Source: Planctomycetota bacterium (lineage in GTDB: Bacteria > Planctomycetota > B15-G4 > SIAN01). Taken from it: a stretch of DNA of 64,000 nucleotides. This document shows, one piece after another, positions 49,707-60,151 of the stretch. A program made the translations under genes and the position numbers. The stretch's first letter is position 1. Each line of letters starts with the position of its first letter. The stretch spans positions 4,702-68,701 of the forward strand of contig JANNXA010000030.1 of NCBI GenBank assembly GCA_031409275.1, given 5' to 3'. The notes below the pieces were generated by a model, which saw only the letters and a program-made list of their open reading frames with translations, was not told the origin of the DNA and made no database searches.

Positions 49707-52591
49707 GAGAGCGCCTCCGTCACCGCGTCGGCCAGCTTCTTCAATCCGCTGGCCACATCGCTGCCGAGATGGACGCGCAACGCGCGTCGTCCTCGCTCGG
49801 CCAGCACTTCGAAGTCACCGCGCGCCTGCGCCGCCTTGACGATCCCGAAGCTGTACTTCGCCCCGGGCACCGCCGCGTCGCGCGCATCGTCGCAGGTGAT
49901 CTGCACGAAGACTCCCGAGTTCGGCCCGCCCTTGTAGGCCTGTCCAGTCGAGTGCAGGAAGCGCGGGCCGAAACCCATCACGGTGGCGACGCGCTTCGCG
50001 TTCCTCACCTCGTGGCGCATCCGCTGGATCAGCGACTCGTGGGTCGCGGTCATGTCGACGTAGGCGAGGAAGCCGGCGTAGTCGCCCGGCTGCAGGCGCG
50101 CAACGTGCGCGCGCAGGAGCTTGGCGAGCGTCGCGCCGCCGCCCGCGGCCTGCTGCAGCGCGGCCGCGTTCTTCGCGTCGGCGAAGAGCTTGATGCCATC
50201 GCCGTTCCAGAAAGGCGTCTCCGCGGGCAGCGCGCCGCTCTGCTCGAACGCCGAGGTGATCTTCTTGGTCGCGATCTTGCTCGCTTCGACGTCCGGCTGA
50301 TCGAACGGATGGATGCCGAGCACCGATCCCGCCACCGCCGTCGCGACTTCGAGCACGAACATCTCGCCGGCGAGGTCGTAGCGGTCCGCGAGCGGGATGC
50401 GGATCACCGGATGGCCCGCCGCCGCCAGCGCGGTCAGCGCTTCGCTCGTGCGTGGGTCGACCTGACCTGGCAGTTCGAAGCTGAGGAAGACCCGGTCGCT
50501 GCCGTACTTCTCGGGACCGCCGAGGCACTCGCGATCGACCGGGATCAGCCCCTTGCCGACCTTGCCGGTCGACTCGGCGACGAGCTGCTCGATCCAGGCG
50601 CCGAAGTCGGCGATGCCCTGCGAAGTGACGACCGTCAGCTTGTCGCGTCCGAACTTCGCCGCGGCGCCGAGGACGAGTCCGAGGTGGACGCCGGGGTTGT
50701 CGCGGATGGACGAAGCCATGCACGCCTGCTTCATCGCCGCGGCGCGCTCGAGCAGCTTGGCGACATCGAGGCCCATCGCCGCCGCCGGAACGAGGCCGAA
50801 GTCGGAGAGCGCCGAGTAGCGGCCGCCCACGCTCTTCACGCCGTGGAAGATGCGGCGGAAGCCGTCGGCCTGCGCGACCTTCTCCATGTTGGAACCGGGA
50901 TCGGTCACCGTGATGAAGCGGCGACCTGCTTCCTTCGCGCCGACGACCTGCTTCACGCGCTCGAAGAACCACGCCTTGAAGATGTTGGGCTCGAGCGTGC
51001 TGCCCGACTTGCTGGAGACGCAGAAGAGCGTGCGCGTCAGGTTGATGCGCCGTTCGGTCGCGTGGAGCTGCGCGGGGTCGGTGGAATCGAGCACGACCAT
51101 CTGCGGCATGCCCGGCTGCGGCCCGAACGTCTCGGCCCACACTTCCGGGCAAAGGCTCGAGCCGCCCATGCCGAGCAGGCAGACGTGGGTGAAGCCCGCT
51201 TCCTTCACGTCCTTCGCGAGGTCGGTGAACTTCGCGAGCTGCTTCCGCTGCTCGTCGACGATCGTCAGCCAGCCGGTCCAGCTCGCCTCGTCGCCGCCGC
51301 TCCAGAGCTTCGCATCGGAAGCCCACAGTCGCGCGACCTTGCCACCCGCGGTCCAGTCGGCCAGCAGCTTGGCGAACTCGCCCTCGATCGCGGCCGGCAG
51401 GCGCACCGAGACCAGCGCGCTGCTGCCGTTGCTCGGCTCGACCGGCGTGCCGCCGTGCTTCGCCACGGCAGCGAGCAGCTTGTCGAACGCGTCCTTGAAG
51501 ATCTTCACGCCATCGGCCAGCAGCGCGTCGGTCGCGCTCTTCAACGAGACGCCGCACTTGGCGAGTTCGGCAAGCGTGCGCGTGGCACCCTCGAGATCGG
51601 CGGTGAGCGTCGGCTGCACGACGCCGTGATCCTTGAACGCCTCGTAGGTCGCCGGCGGAATCGTCTCCACCGTCTCGACGCCGATCAGCCCCTCGACGTA
51701 GACGACGTCGCGGTACTTCGGGTTCTTGGTGCTCGTCGAGGCCCACAGCAGGCGCTGCGGCTGCGCGCCCTTCGCCGCCAAGGCAGCCCAGCGCGGCCCG
51801 CTCTTCAATGCGCGGTAGTGCTGATAGGCGAGCTTCGCGTTCGCGATCGCCACCTTGCCCAGCAGCGCTTCGATGCGCGCCTTCTCGGCGGGGGTCGCCG
51901 CCTTCTTCGCCAGCTCTTCGAGCTTGCCGTCGATCAGCGAATCGATGCGGCTGATGAAGAAGCTGGCCACCGACGCGACGCGGCCTGGATCGCCGCCCTT
52001 GGCGACGAACTGCTCGATCCCGGCGAGCCACGCGTCCGCGACCGCTTCGTAGGCGTCGACGCTGAACAGCAGCGTGATGTTGACGTTGATGCCTTCGGCC
52101 AGCAGCTCACGCACGGCCGGAATGCACGGCGGTGTCGCCGGCACCTTGATCATCAGGTTCGCGCGATCGACCGACCTCCACAGGCGACGCGCCTCGGCCA
52201 GCGTGCCGACGCGATCGAATGCGAGTTCGGGTGAGACCTCGAGGCTGACGTAGCCGTCGAGGCGCTTGGTGGCTTCGTACACCGGCTTCAGCAGGTCGCA
52301 TGCGGCCTGGATGTCGGCGATGGCGAGGCGCTCGAAGACCGCTTTCGGATCGCGCGCGCACTCGGCGCCCGCCGCCGCGAGGTCCTTGCTGTAGTCCTTC
52401 GAGCCCGCGATCGCCTTCTCGAAGATCGCCGGGTTGCTGGTCATCCCGCGCAGACCGTCGCTGGCGATCATTCGCGCGAGCGAGCCGTCCTCGAGCATGC
52501 TGCGCTGGATGAAGTCGAGCCACACCGACTGACCGGCCGCGTTCAACTGGGCGAGACGCGCGGACGTCGACGAAGAGGTGGTGGAGTTCAT
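49703..52591 (-). CDS. Bifunctional transaldolase/phosphoglucose isomerase
   Basis: Tal: [27 protein letters not shown]. Pgi: [34 protein letters not shown]. Confidence 0.95.
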   Translation of the reverse strand: MNSTTSSSTSARLAQLNAAGQSVWLDFIQRSMLEDGSLARMIASDGLRGMTSNPAIFEKAIAGSKDYSKDLAAAGAECARDPKAVFERLAIADIQAACDLLKPVYEATKRLDGYVSLEVSPELAFDRVGTLAEARRLWRSVDRANLMIKVPATPPCIPAVRELLAEGINVNITLLFSVDAYEAVADAWLAGIEQFVAKGGDPGRVASVASFFISRIDSLIDGKLEELAKKAATPAEKARIEALLGKVAIANAKLAYQHYRALKSGPRWAALAAKGAQPQRLLWASTSTKNPKYRDVVYVEGLIGVETVETIPPATYEAFKDHGVVQPTLTADLEGATRTLAELAKCGVSLKSATDALLADGVKIFKDAFDKLLAAVAKHGGTPVEPSNGSSALVSVRLPAAIEGEFAKLLADWTAGGKVARLWASDAKLWSGGDEASWTGWLTIVDEQRKQLAKFTDLAKDVKEAGFTHVCLLGMGGSSLCPEVWAETFGPQPGMPQMVVLDSTDPAQLHATERRINLTRTLFCVSSKSGSTLEPNIFKAWFFERVKQVVGAKEAGRRFITVTDPGSNMEKVAQADGFRRIFHGVKSVGGRYSALSDFGLVPAAAMGLDVAKLLERAAAMKQACMASSIRDNPGVHLGLVLGAAAKFGRDKLTVVTSQGIADFGAWIEQLVAESTGKVGKGLIPVDRECLGGPEKYGSDRVFLSFELPGQVDPRTSEALTALAAAGHPVIRIPLADRYDLAGEMFVLEVATAVAGSVLGIHPFDQPDVEASKIATKKITSAFEQSGALPAETPFWNGDGIKLFADAKNAAALQQAAGGGATLAKLLRAHVARLQPGDYAGFLAYVDMTATHESLIQRMRHEVRNAKRVATVMGFGPRFLHSTGQAYKGGPNSGVFVQITCDDARDAAVPGAKYSFGIVKAAQARGDFEVLAERGRRALRVHLGSDVASGLKKLADAVTEALS

Positions 52592-52977
52592 CAAGCGGCT
52601 TCCTTGCTCGGGGCACGGCACGGCGCGCCGGACCGGACGACCCGGCGGCAACCGTTGCGGCAGTATCGGCGGCGATCGGAAAGAACTTCAGGTTCGCCGC
52701 CTCGGCGAGATGTGGCCGGGTCGGATGCCGGCGTCGCGATCGGCGTGTCAGAGGCCACCGATTCCCCCGTAGGTGCCCTGACGAGCCGGGGTGGAAAGCC
52801 CGAAGTGGGCTGGGCGTGGTTCCCGGCAAGTGCAGTCGGCGATGGATCGGAAAACGACCCCATGCTGGGGAACGAGCGAACGAAAACCGCACGGGCCCCT
52901 GCTTTGCCTTCCGCCCTCTGCCGCCGGCCTCGGACAGCGATCGAGCTGCCCGCCGCTGGATCTCGGAGGGAATCACG

Positions 52978-55900
52978 ATGACCGCTGTTCTTTCGCCCCT
53001 GCGGCCGGTTCTTCCCGGACGCCGCTCGCTGCTGCTGCTCTGCCTGATCGCGGCCGCCTGCGCCGGCGATGACGGCAAGGACGGAGTCGACGGCTCCACT
53101 CCAACGACGCCGCTCAGTCGCGTTCTGACCAAGTGGGAAGACGGGCCGGGCGTGAACCTCGAGATCACCGGGGTCTCCGGCGCGACAGGGCCCTCGAACA
53201 GCTTCGTTCCGGGCGACCGCATCGCGGTCACCTTCACCGCGAAGCGCAACGACGGCAGCAACTGGGGGCTCGACGAGCTCGACCACGGGCACATCCTCGT
53301 TTCGGGCCCGACCTTCAACTACCAGCCGGTGATCGCCGAGCAGACGGACCTCTTCACGGCATCGATCGACAACGGCGACGGCACCTACACCTACAAGTTC
53401 GCGACAGCGATCCCGTCGACCTATCTCGAGCCGGCCAACGACTCCTCCGCGTTCGGTCCCCTCGACGGCGAGCTGCAGGGCGATCCGCTGCTGGCCGGCA
53501 CCTACACGATCGGCATGTTCGGCCGCTGGGAGTACACGGTCGACGGCGCGACATTCAAGGAGGTCGGGCAGGCGACGCGCGACGTCTTGTTTGGCGGCGA
53601 GACGACCACCACCGCCCGCGAAGTGGTGAAGACCGACAACTGCAACCAGTGCCATGTCGCGCTGCAGGCCCACGACGGCGAGATCCGCAGCGCGCAGCTC
53701 TGCGTGCTTTGCCACACCTCGGGAGCCGAGGACACCAGCGGCAACGGTGTCTCGATCGATTTCCGCGTGATGATCCACAAGCTGCATGACGGCGCCCACC
53801 TGCCTTCGGTACTCGGTGTGGCAACCAACAGCGACGGCTCGCGCAACTACGCCGCGACCAAGGTCCCCTACGAGATCACCGACGACGAGGGCGAGGTTAC
53901 GGACTTCTCCGACGTCGCCTTCCCGGTCTGGCCGAACCTCAACACGCCGATGCCGCGCGACTTCGGCTATTCGGCCCGGTCGTCGACGGAGAAGACGCTC
54001 GAAGCGACGATGCTCCAGGGCGCGACGCAGTGCTCGAAGTGCCACGGCGATCCCGACGACTCGGGCCTGCTGACCGGTCCGCTGACGGCGCCGGCGCAGG
54101 GCGGCCTCGCCTTCTCGCAGCCCTCTCGACGTGCGTGCGGCAGCTGCCATGACGACATCGACTGGACGCTGCCCTACGTCGCGAACCAGTTGCAGATGGA
54201 TCCGCAAAGCGACGACTCGTCGTGCCTGCCGTGCCACGCGCCGAGCGGCGTTGCGGGCGTCGGCCTGCCTCTCTCGACCGCGGCCGCGCACCTCCATCCG
54301 CTGAACGACGCCACCATCAACCCGGGCGTGAACTTCACCATCACCAGCGTCAGCGGAGCGAGCGGACCGGGCGGGAACTTCGCCAACGGCGACAAGCCGC
54401 GCATCGAGTTCACCGTCACCGACGACGACGACAACGACGTGCCGCTGCAGACGCTCGATGGCACCAGCACGCTGCTGGTCGGCCCAACCGCCAACTACCA
54501 GCACGTCTTCCCGTTTGCGAGCCCCAACGGCGCTTCGAGCGCGCTGCCGGTCGACTTCGCCGGTCGCTTGCAATCGTCGAGCACCACGAACAAGGGGACG
54601 ATGAGCAAGCTCGTCGGCGCCACCGATTCCGAGACGCTCATCGTCCAGTTCACCCCGTCGTCGACGGCGTTCACCGTCACCGGCACCAACAGCGGCTTGC
54701 TCGGCAGCGGAACGCTCGCGGCCGCGACCAGCACCAACTCCGACAGGTCCTCGATCAGCAGCGTGGAGCTCGCGCCCGGCGCCGTGGCTGAGACGATCAC
54801 GGTGCTCTTCACCAACCCGACCGCCAGCAGCACGACGTTCGCGGTCACGGGCTCGGTCAGCGGCGCGATGGGCAGCGGGACGATGCCCGCGTTCATCAAC
54901 GCGTCGACCCTCTTCACCTCGAATGACGGCAAGGTGTCGTTCATCGTCTCGAGCGGCGCGAACGCGTTCGCGTCCAATCAGACGATCCACCTCACGATCT
55001 TCCGCGGTGGCGGCGCCAACCCGGTGCTCTTCGCCATCGTGGTCGGCCGCACTTCGTTCGCGATCAACGACCGCATTTACTACGACACGGTCGCGGATGA
55101 CTCGTCGTACGAGTTCGCGCTGCCGATGGATCTGCCCAACGAATTCCTCGGCGACGGCAACGGCAGCATCGGGCAGGTCCTGACCGCGGCCAACGTGCCG
55201 GTCTACTACGGACGCCAGGTGCTCTCGGAACGCATCGCGCTCGATGCTTCCGGGCCGACGACCCTGATCGCCGCTTCGACCGAGCGCGCCCGCTACGTCG
55301 ACGTCGCAGCAATCGACAGCGACCTTGCGAACGGCGACAACGTGGTGATCGACGACGGGATCGCCAGCTTCGAGGAGTACGCGCAGGTCGGCTACATCGA
55401 CAGCGCGAAGAAGCGCCTCTGGTTCCGCACTCCGCTGCGCTTCAGCCATGCCGCGACGACCGGCACCGTGCAGGAGGTGACGCTCAGCTTCCGGCAGGAG
55501 GGCGTGAACTACACGCTCGATCCGGCCACCGGCACCATCACGTCGCTCGCCGCCTTCACCACCGGCAACGCCATCGTGATGAACTACCGCACGGACGGAG
55601 CCTTCGGTTGGTATCGCCGCGCCGGCGACGCGCTGCAGGCGGTCTACGTCCCGCCCATCAACGACTCGCCCGACCTCGACTCGAGCTGGGGCGAATGGTC
55701 GGGGCTGACCTACCTGAGCGGCACCTACAGCGCCTCGATCTGGGGCCGCAAGAACAAGATCCTCGGCCTGCAGAACGAGGTGCAGACCTACAACGGCATC
55801 GGCGAAGCATCGGTCGCCTCGCTCCTCTACGGCAGCGCGGCCGCTGAAGAGCCGCACGCGCTGGTCTCGAGCGGCGCGAACTGCGAGAGCTGCCACACGA

Positions 55901-56406
55901 TGGTCGGGCCGTTCCACGGCGGCAACCGTCGCGATTTCAACACCTGTGTGCTCTGCCACGGCGTCGCGGGCAACGAGGACTGGCCGATCTACGGCACCAC
56001 CGTCGCGACCGCCGCCACCACCGGCACGACGATCGACTTCCGCGGAATGCTCCACAAGATCCACATGGGCGAGGAGCTGACGAACGCCGCGACCTACGAG
56101 GTCCTCGGCTTCAGCTCGAGCTCGAACAAGTACGGCGAGGTGGTCTTCCCCGCGCAAGCCGGCCACACCATGAACTGCACCAAGTGCCATGGAAGCTCCA
56201 GCAACTGGTACGCGCCGAGCGCCCGCCAACACCCCGCTCAGGCACTGCCGACGCGGGCGTGGCGATCGGCGTGCGGCGCCTGCCATGACTCCGACGCCGC
56301 CGGTGCGCACTTCGACGTCATGACCGCCGGCGGACTGGAATCGTGCGAGGTCTGCCACGGCCAGGGCACTGAGTTCTCGGTCGAAGTCGTGCACAAGGTT
56401 CGGTGA
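52978..56406 (+). CDS. Decaheme c-type cytochrome lipoprotein, OmcA/MtrC-like (~1142 aa)
   Basis: GGAGG RBS, AAAC lipobox, 10 CxxCH in two blocks of five, F..M[IL]HK[LI]H motifs, duplicated halves. Confidence 0.9.
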   Translation: MTAVLSPLRPVLPGRRSLLLLCLIAAACAGDDGKDGVDGSTPTTPLSRVLTKWEDGPGVNLEITGVSGATGPSNSFVPGDRIAVTFTAKRNDGSNWGLDELDHGHILVSGPTFNYQPVIAEQTDLFTASIDNGDGTYTYKFATAIPSTYLEPANDSSAFGPLDGELQGDPLLAGTYTIGMFGRWEYTVDGATFKEVGQATRDVLFGGETTTTAREVVKTDNCNQCHVALQAHDGEIRSAQLCVLCHTSGAEDTSGNGVSIDFRVMIHKLHDGAHLPSVLGVATNSDGSRNYAATKVPYEITDDEGEVTDFSDVAFPVWPNLNTPMPRDFGYSARSSTEKTLEATMLQGATQCSKCHGDPDDSGLLTGPLTAPAQGGLAFSQPSRRACGSCHDDIDWTLPYVANQLQMDPQSDDSSCLPCHAPSGVAGVGLPLSTAAAHLHPLNDATINPGVNFTITSVSGASGPGGNFANGDKPRIEFTVTDDDDNDVPLQTLDGTSTLLVGPTANYQHVFPFASPNGASSALPVDFAGRLQSSSTTNKGTMSKLVGATDSETLIVQFTPSSTAFTVTGTNSGLLGSGTLAAATSTNSDRSSISSVELAPGAVAETITVLFTNPTASSTTFAVTGSVSGAMGSGTMPAFINASTLFTSNDGKVSFIVSSGANAFASNQTIHLTIFRGGGANPVLFAIVVGRTSFAINDRIYYDTVADDSSYEFALPMDLPNEFLGDGNGSIGQVLTAANVPVYYGRQVLSERIALDASGPTTLIAASTERARYVDVAAIDSDLANGDNVVIDDGIASFEEYAQVGYIDSAKKRLWFRTPLRFSHAATTGTVQEVTLSFRQEGVNYTLDPATGTITSLAAFTTGNAIVMNYRTDGAFGWYRRAGDALQAVYVPPINDSPDLDSSWGEWSGLTYLSGTYSASIWGRKNKILGLQNEVQTYNGIGEASVASLLYGSAAAEEPHALVSSGANCESCHTMVGPFHGGNRRDFNTCVLCHGVAGNEDWPIYGTTVATAATTGTTIDFRGMLHKIHMGEELTNAATYEVLGFSSSSNKYGEVVFPAQAGHTMNCTKCHGSSSNWYAPSARQHPAQALPTRAWRSACGACHDSDAAGAHFDVMTAGGLESCEVCHGQGTEFSVEVVHKVR

Positions 56407-56468
56407 TGCGCACGCTCGCTTCGAGAGCACCGAGGCCACGGGAGATCGCTGCGATGGAGGCAACCGCG

Positions 56469-57878
56469 ATGACACTTCAGCGGTCCGCCCGCTCGATGCT
56501 GCTGCTGGCAACTGCCGCTCTGCCCGGTCGTGCCGTCGCGCAGGACGTCGGCACGACGCCCGCCGAGACACCCGCGGCGCCCGAAACCGCGGCCGCGCAA
56601 GAGACCGCGGTCGCGCTCCCTTCGCTCGCGCAGGGAGACGACGCACTCGACCTTTCGGGCTGGTTCTCGCTGCAGTACCGCTTGCGACGGACCAGCAGCA
56701 CCACCGACCAGGACCTCTTCGGACTGCTCGGTGCCGACTGGCGTGACGCCGAGCGCGATCCCCTCTCGCTCCACCTCGTGACGCGCAGCTCGTGGGACGT
56801 CGACGGTCGCCAGGACCGCAATGGCGGCTACGCCTTCGACAGCCTCGCCGACAGCTACGACCACGCCTTCGTCGCCCACCTCCTCGAAGGCTGGGCGGGC
56901 GGCCGCGTCGGCTCGATCGGCGATTGGCGCGCGGGCCGCTTCTATCTCGAGGACACGCCGGTCACGACCTACATGGACGGCGCTCGCCTGGCGACAGCGG
57001 CCGCGGGCCCGCTCAAGGCGCGCATCGGCGGCTACGGCGGCCTGCCGACGCATCTCTACGAATCGTCGGCGCGCGACGACCGCATCTACGGCGCCTTCGC
57101 CGAAGCGCGCGGATGGACCAAAGGACGCACGCGCTTCGACTGGATGCACGTCGACGACGAGCTGCGCGCGAGCGACCGCGAGGATGACCTGCTCGCGCTG
57201 TCGCAATGGCAGCAGCTCGGAGAACAGGTCGACCTGTTCGGGCGCTTCACCTGGATCGCCTCCGAAAGTCGCGACCTCACTCTGCGCGCCGGCTACCGCG
57301 ACGTCCCCACGGCGCTGCGCGTGCAGCTCGCCTGGTACGAGCTCTTCCATGAGCAGACCGACCTCTCCTACGAGTTCGACCCCTTCTCGGTCGTCGCGTT
57401 CGACTATCTGCCGTACCGACAGGCGTCGCTGGTGATCGGCAAGGGGCTCGGTGACCACTTCGACCTCGCTGCCGGCGTCGACGTGCGACGGCTCAACGAC
57501 GGCGACCTCGAGCGCGCGTTCAACCACGAGTTCGAGCGCTACTACGTCGTCCCCTCGGTCACCGGCTGGCCCAGCGAAGGCACTTCCGCCTCGGCCACCT
57601 TCGAGCTGTGGGACGCCGACACGGAGCGCTACCGGACCATCGGAGCCGACCTCGACCAGGAGATCGCGAAAGGGCTCTCCGTCGGCGCGTTCACCTCGTT
57701 CTCGCTCTACCGCTACGACCTCTACCAGGCGCGGGAGCTCGACCGCGTGCGGAGCTGGGGCACCCGCCTCGATTGGCACGCGACCAGCCGCCTGCGACTG
57801 CGTCTCGACTGGACGTTCGAGGACGATCGCTTCGACCGCTACCAGACTGCGAGGGTGCGAGCCACATGGAACTTCTGA
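56469..57878 (+). CDS. Outer-membrane beta-barrel (porin of a porin-cytochrome complex)
   Basis: GGAGG RBS, signal peptide, amphipathic strands, C-terminal RVRATWNF; lies between two multiheme genes. Confidence 0.75.
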   Translation: MTLQRSARSMLLLATAALPGRAVAQDVGTTPAETPAAPETAAAQETAVALPSLAQGDDALDLSGWFSLQYRLRRTSSTTDQDLFGLLGADWRDAERDPLSLHLVTRSSWDVDGRQDRNGGYAFDSLADSYDHAFVAHLLEGWAGGRVGSIGDWRAGRFYLEDTPVTTYMDGARLATAAAGPLKARIGGYGGLPTHLYESSARDDRIYGAFAEARGWTKGRTRFDWMHVDDELRASDREDDLLALSQWQQLGEQVDLFGRFTWIASESRDLTLRAGYRDVPTALRVQLAWYELFHEQTDLSYEFDPFSVVAFDYLPYRQASLVIGKGLGDHFDLAAGVDVRRLNDGDLERAFNHEFERYYVVPSVTGWPSEGTSASATFELWDADTERYRTIGADLDQEIAKGLSVGAFTSFSLYRYDLYQARELDRVRSWGTRLDWHATSRLRLRLDWTFEDDRFDRYQTARVRATWNF

Positions 57879-58894
57879 AACCGATCACGCGCGGCGCGCT
57901 GCTGCTGGTCCCGATCGGGATCGTCGGCTGCCTGATGTTCAACGGATTCGGCGGCCCCTCCGGCCCCGCGTTCCCCCATTCCAAGCACGGCGAGGAAGCG
58001 GGGCTCGAGTGCGCCTCGTGCCACCGCACCGCCGCCACCGGCGAAGCGGCGGGCATGCCGACCGAGAAGCAGTGCATGCTCTGCCACGAGGAGCTCGACC
58101 GGGACAAGCCGCTGGAGAAGCGGGCGAGCGCCTTCTTCGTCGACCATGTGCTGCAGGCGCGGCGCGGAAGCGAACTCGGCGACGAGGTGATCTTCTCGCA
58201 CGCTGCGCACGTGACCGGCAAGTCGATGGCGTGCGCCCAATGCCACTCCGGCGTCGAAGGGTCGGACGAACTGCCCGCCGATCTGCATCTCGCGATGATC
58301 GACTGCATGGGTTGCCACTCGCAGGCAAGCCTCAGCAACGATTGCGCGGTCTGCCACAAGACGATCCGCGCCGAAGTGCCCCCGCCCACCCACATCGGAG
58401 CGTGGAAGCGCGAGCACGGCCCGACCTGCCGCGCCGGCGGTGTCGGCGTCGGCAGCGACGGCGATGCAGAGGCCACCTGCATGTACTGCCACGGTCGCAA
58501 CGAATGCGAGTCGTGCCACCGCACCGAAGCGCCCGCCGACCACAACAACTGGTGGCGTCGCCGCGGCCACGGCCTCGCGATGGCGATCGACCGCGACCGC
58601 TGCAGCACCTGCCACCAGGCTGACTCGTGCGACCGCTGCCACCAGGAGAGCGCGCCCGTCAGCCACACCGCCGGTTTCGGTTCGCCGCGCGACCGCCACT
58701 GCGTCGGCTGCCACTTCCCGCTCGGCAACGACGAAGGGTGCGCGACCTGCCACCGCGGCACGCCGAGCCACCAGCTCGCTGCTCCGCTGCCGCCTGGCCA
58801 CACTCCCGGCATGAACTGCCGCCAGTGCCACGGGCTCACCGCGCCGCTCCCGCATCCCGACAAGGGCGACAACTGCAGCACCTGCCACCGTTGA
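57866..58894 (+). CDS. 13-heme periplasmic c-type cytochrome
   Basis: 13 CxxCH motifs in ~342 aa; FPHSKH and FSHAAH (c3-like) motifs; hydrophobic N-terminus. Confidence 0.9.
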   Translation: MELLKPITRGALLLVPIGIVGCLMFNGFGGPSGPAFPHSKHGEEAGLECASCHRTAATGEAAGMPTEKQCMLCHEELDRDKPLEKRASAFFVDHVLQARRGSELGDEVIFSHAAHVTGKSMACAQCHSGVEGSDELPADLHLAMIDCMGCHSQASLSNDCAVCHKTIRAEVPPPTHIGAWKREHGPTCRAGGVGVGSDGDAEATCMYCHGRNECESCHRTEAPADHNNWWRRRGHGLAMAIDRDRCSTCHQADSCDRCHQESAPVSHTAGFGSPRDRHCVGCHFPLGNDEGCATCHRGTPSHQLAAPLPPGHTPGMNCRQCHGLTAPLPHPDKGDNCSTCHR

Positions 58895-58905
58895 GGAGTC
58901 GACCG

Positions 58906-59637
58906 TTGAAGTGGTGCGGGCCGCCGGTGTTGCCGTTGCTGCTGGGCGTCGTCGCCGTCGGCGGCGCGTTCGGGGTGACGACGGCACTGCGGAGCGGCGA
59001 CCGTGCACAGCTCGATCGTTCCGCGCGCGATCCCGCCACGAACGTCGCGATCGCCGACGATGCGCAATGGGAGGCGGCGCGGCGTGAGCTGCTCGCGCCA
59101 CCGGCTCATGCGGGAGCGGCGGCCCCCGCCCGCGAACCGTCGCCCGAGACGCTCGAATCGTTCGCGGACGTGGCGCGCGCGCGACTGGTCGCGAAGGCGC
59201 CACTGGCCGAGAAGGCGGCATGGCTGCTCAAGGCGCGCGCGGTCTCACCGACGCTCTACGACGAGCTCTGCGCGATGGTCCTGGCGGGCGGCGAGCAGGT
59301 CGACACGCGGCTGCGCGAGACGATCGTGAGTCGGTTCAATGAGGAGGCGCCGCAATCGAGCCGCACCGCGCAGCGCTCGATCGACCAGGTCGTCTTCGAG
59401 TCGACGCTGCCGCTCTACCTGCGCCTCGGCGCCGCGCGCACGCTCTTCGAGCAGGCCGAGGCCCCGCTGCTGGACGAACTGGTCCCGCGCGTCGCACCGC
59501 TCGCCGACGCCTCTCTGCGCGACGCGATCCTCGCCGCGTTGGACGAGAACCCATCCGCTGCCGCAGGACCCGCGCGCCAGCAACTGATCCGTGCGCACGG
59601 CTGGACCGCCAAGGCGACGGCCGACACGAACGAGTGA
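58906..59637 (+). CDS. Membrane-anchored helical (HEAT-like) hypothetical protein
   Basis: GAGGAG RBS, TTG start, TM segment VLPLLLGVVAVGGAFGV, helical C-terminus. Confidence 0.6.
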   Translation: MKWCGPPVLPLLLGVVAVGGAFGVTTALRSGDRAQLDRSARDPATNVAIADDAQWEAARRELLAPPAHAGAAAPAREPSPETLESFADVARARLVAKAPLAEKAAWLLKARAVSPTLYDELCAMVLAGGEQVDTRLRETIVSRFNEEAPQSSRTAQRSIDQVVFESTLPLYLRLGAARTLFEQAEAPLLDELVPRVAPLADASLRDAILAALDENPSAAAGPARQQLIRAHGWTAKATADTNE

Positions 59638-59749
59638 CGCGGCTCACGGCGCCAGCGGCTCGACTCGACTCTTGAGCTCGATCGTCCCGGCGCGCCGCAG
59701 CTGCAACGCCTGCCCCGAAACGCGCGCGCGATTCGCCGCGATCGGCCGC

Positions 59750-60132
59750 GGCGTCGTCGGCGAGGATCAACTCCTCTTCGCGTGCGAGCTGATTGAACTG
59801 CTCGATCGGATCGCCAAGGGCGACGCCGGGTGTTCGGGAAGAGCTTCTCCAGGAGTCGCGCTCCCTCCGCGGCGTGGGGATCGGGCAGCGCGTCGATGGA
59901 CTGCAATGCCGCTCGCGACACCGCCTCGCGCAGCGTGAGGTCGCGATTCGTCTCGGCCCGCTCGCGCGTCACGCCGTCCCACGGGATCACCGCGTCGGGA
60001 GACGCGATCGTGCCGAGCTCCAAGGCGACGAGCGAGTTGGCGATCTTGAAGGTCGACGCCGGCGAAGCCGCTCGACAGCAGGAGCAACGCGACAGCTCCG
60101 CCACGAGTCATCTTCCGCAGCTCCATCGCCAT
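59750..60132 (-). pseudogene. Degraded class D (OXA-like) beta-lactamase/transpeptidase
   Basis: PASTFKIANSLVALELG...IPWDG...RDLTLREA present, but the signal peptide is in another frame and the SxV/YGN/KTG parts are missing. Confidence 0.7.
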
Positions 60133-60151
60133 CGCTCCGATCGTGCCCCGC

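Noticed and set aside
52778-52797. Hammerhead ribozyme-like CTGACGAG...GAAA
   Set aside because: Stem II cannot close (no C before GAAA) and stems I and III are not evident.
56404-56409. TGA-TGC at the end of the decaheme gene as another U-C readthrough
   Set aside because: The protein is complete after heme 10 (VVHKVR), the next gene is in another frame with its own RBS, and no convincing SECIS is present.
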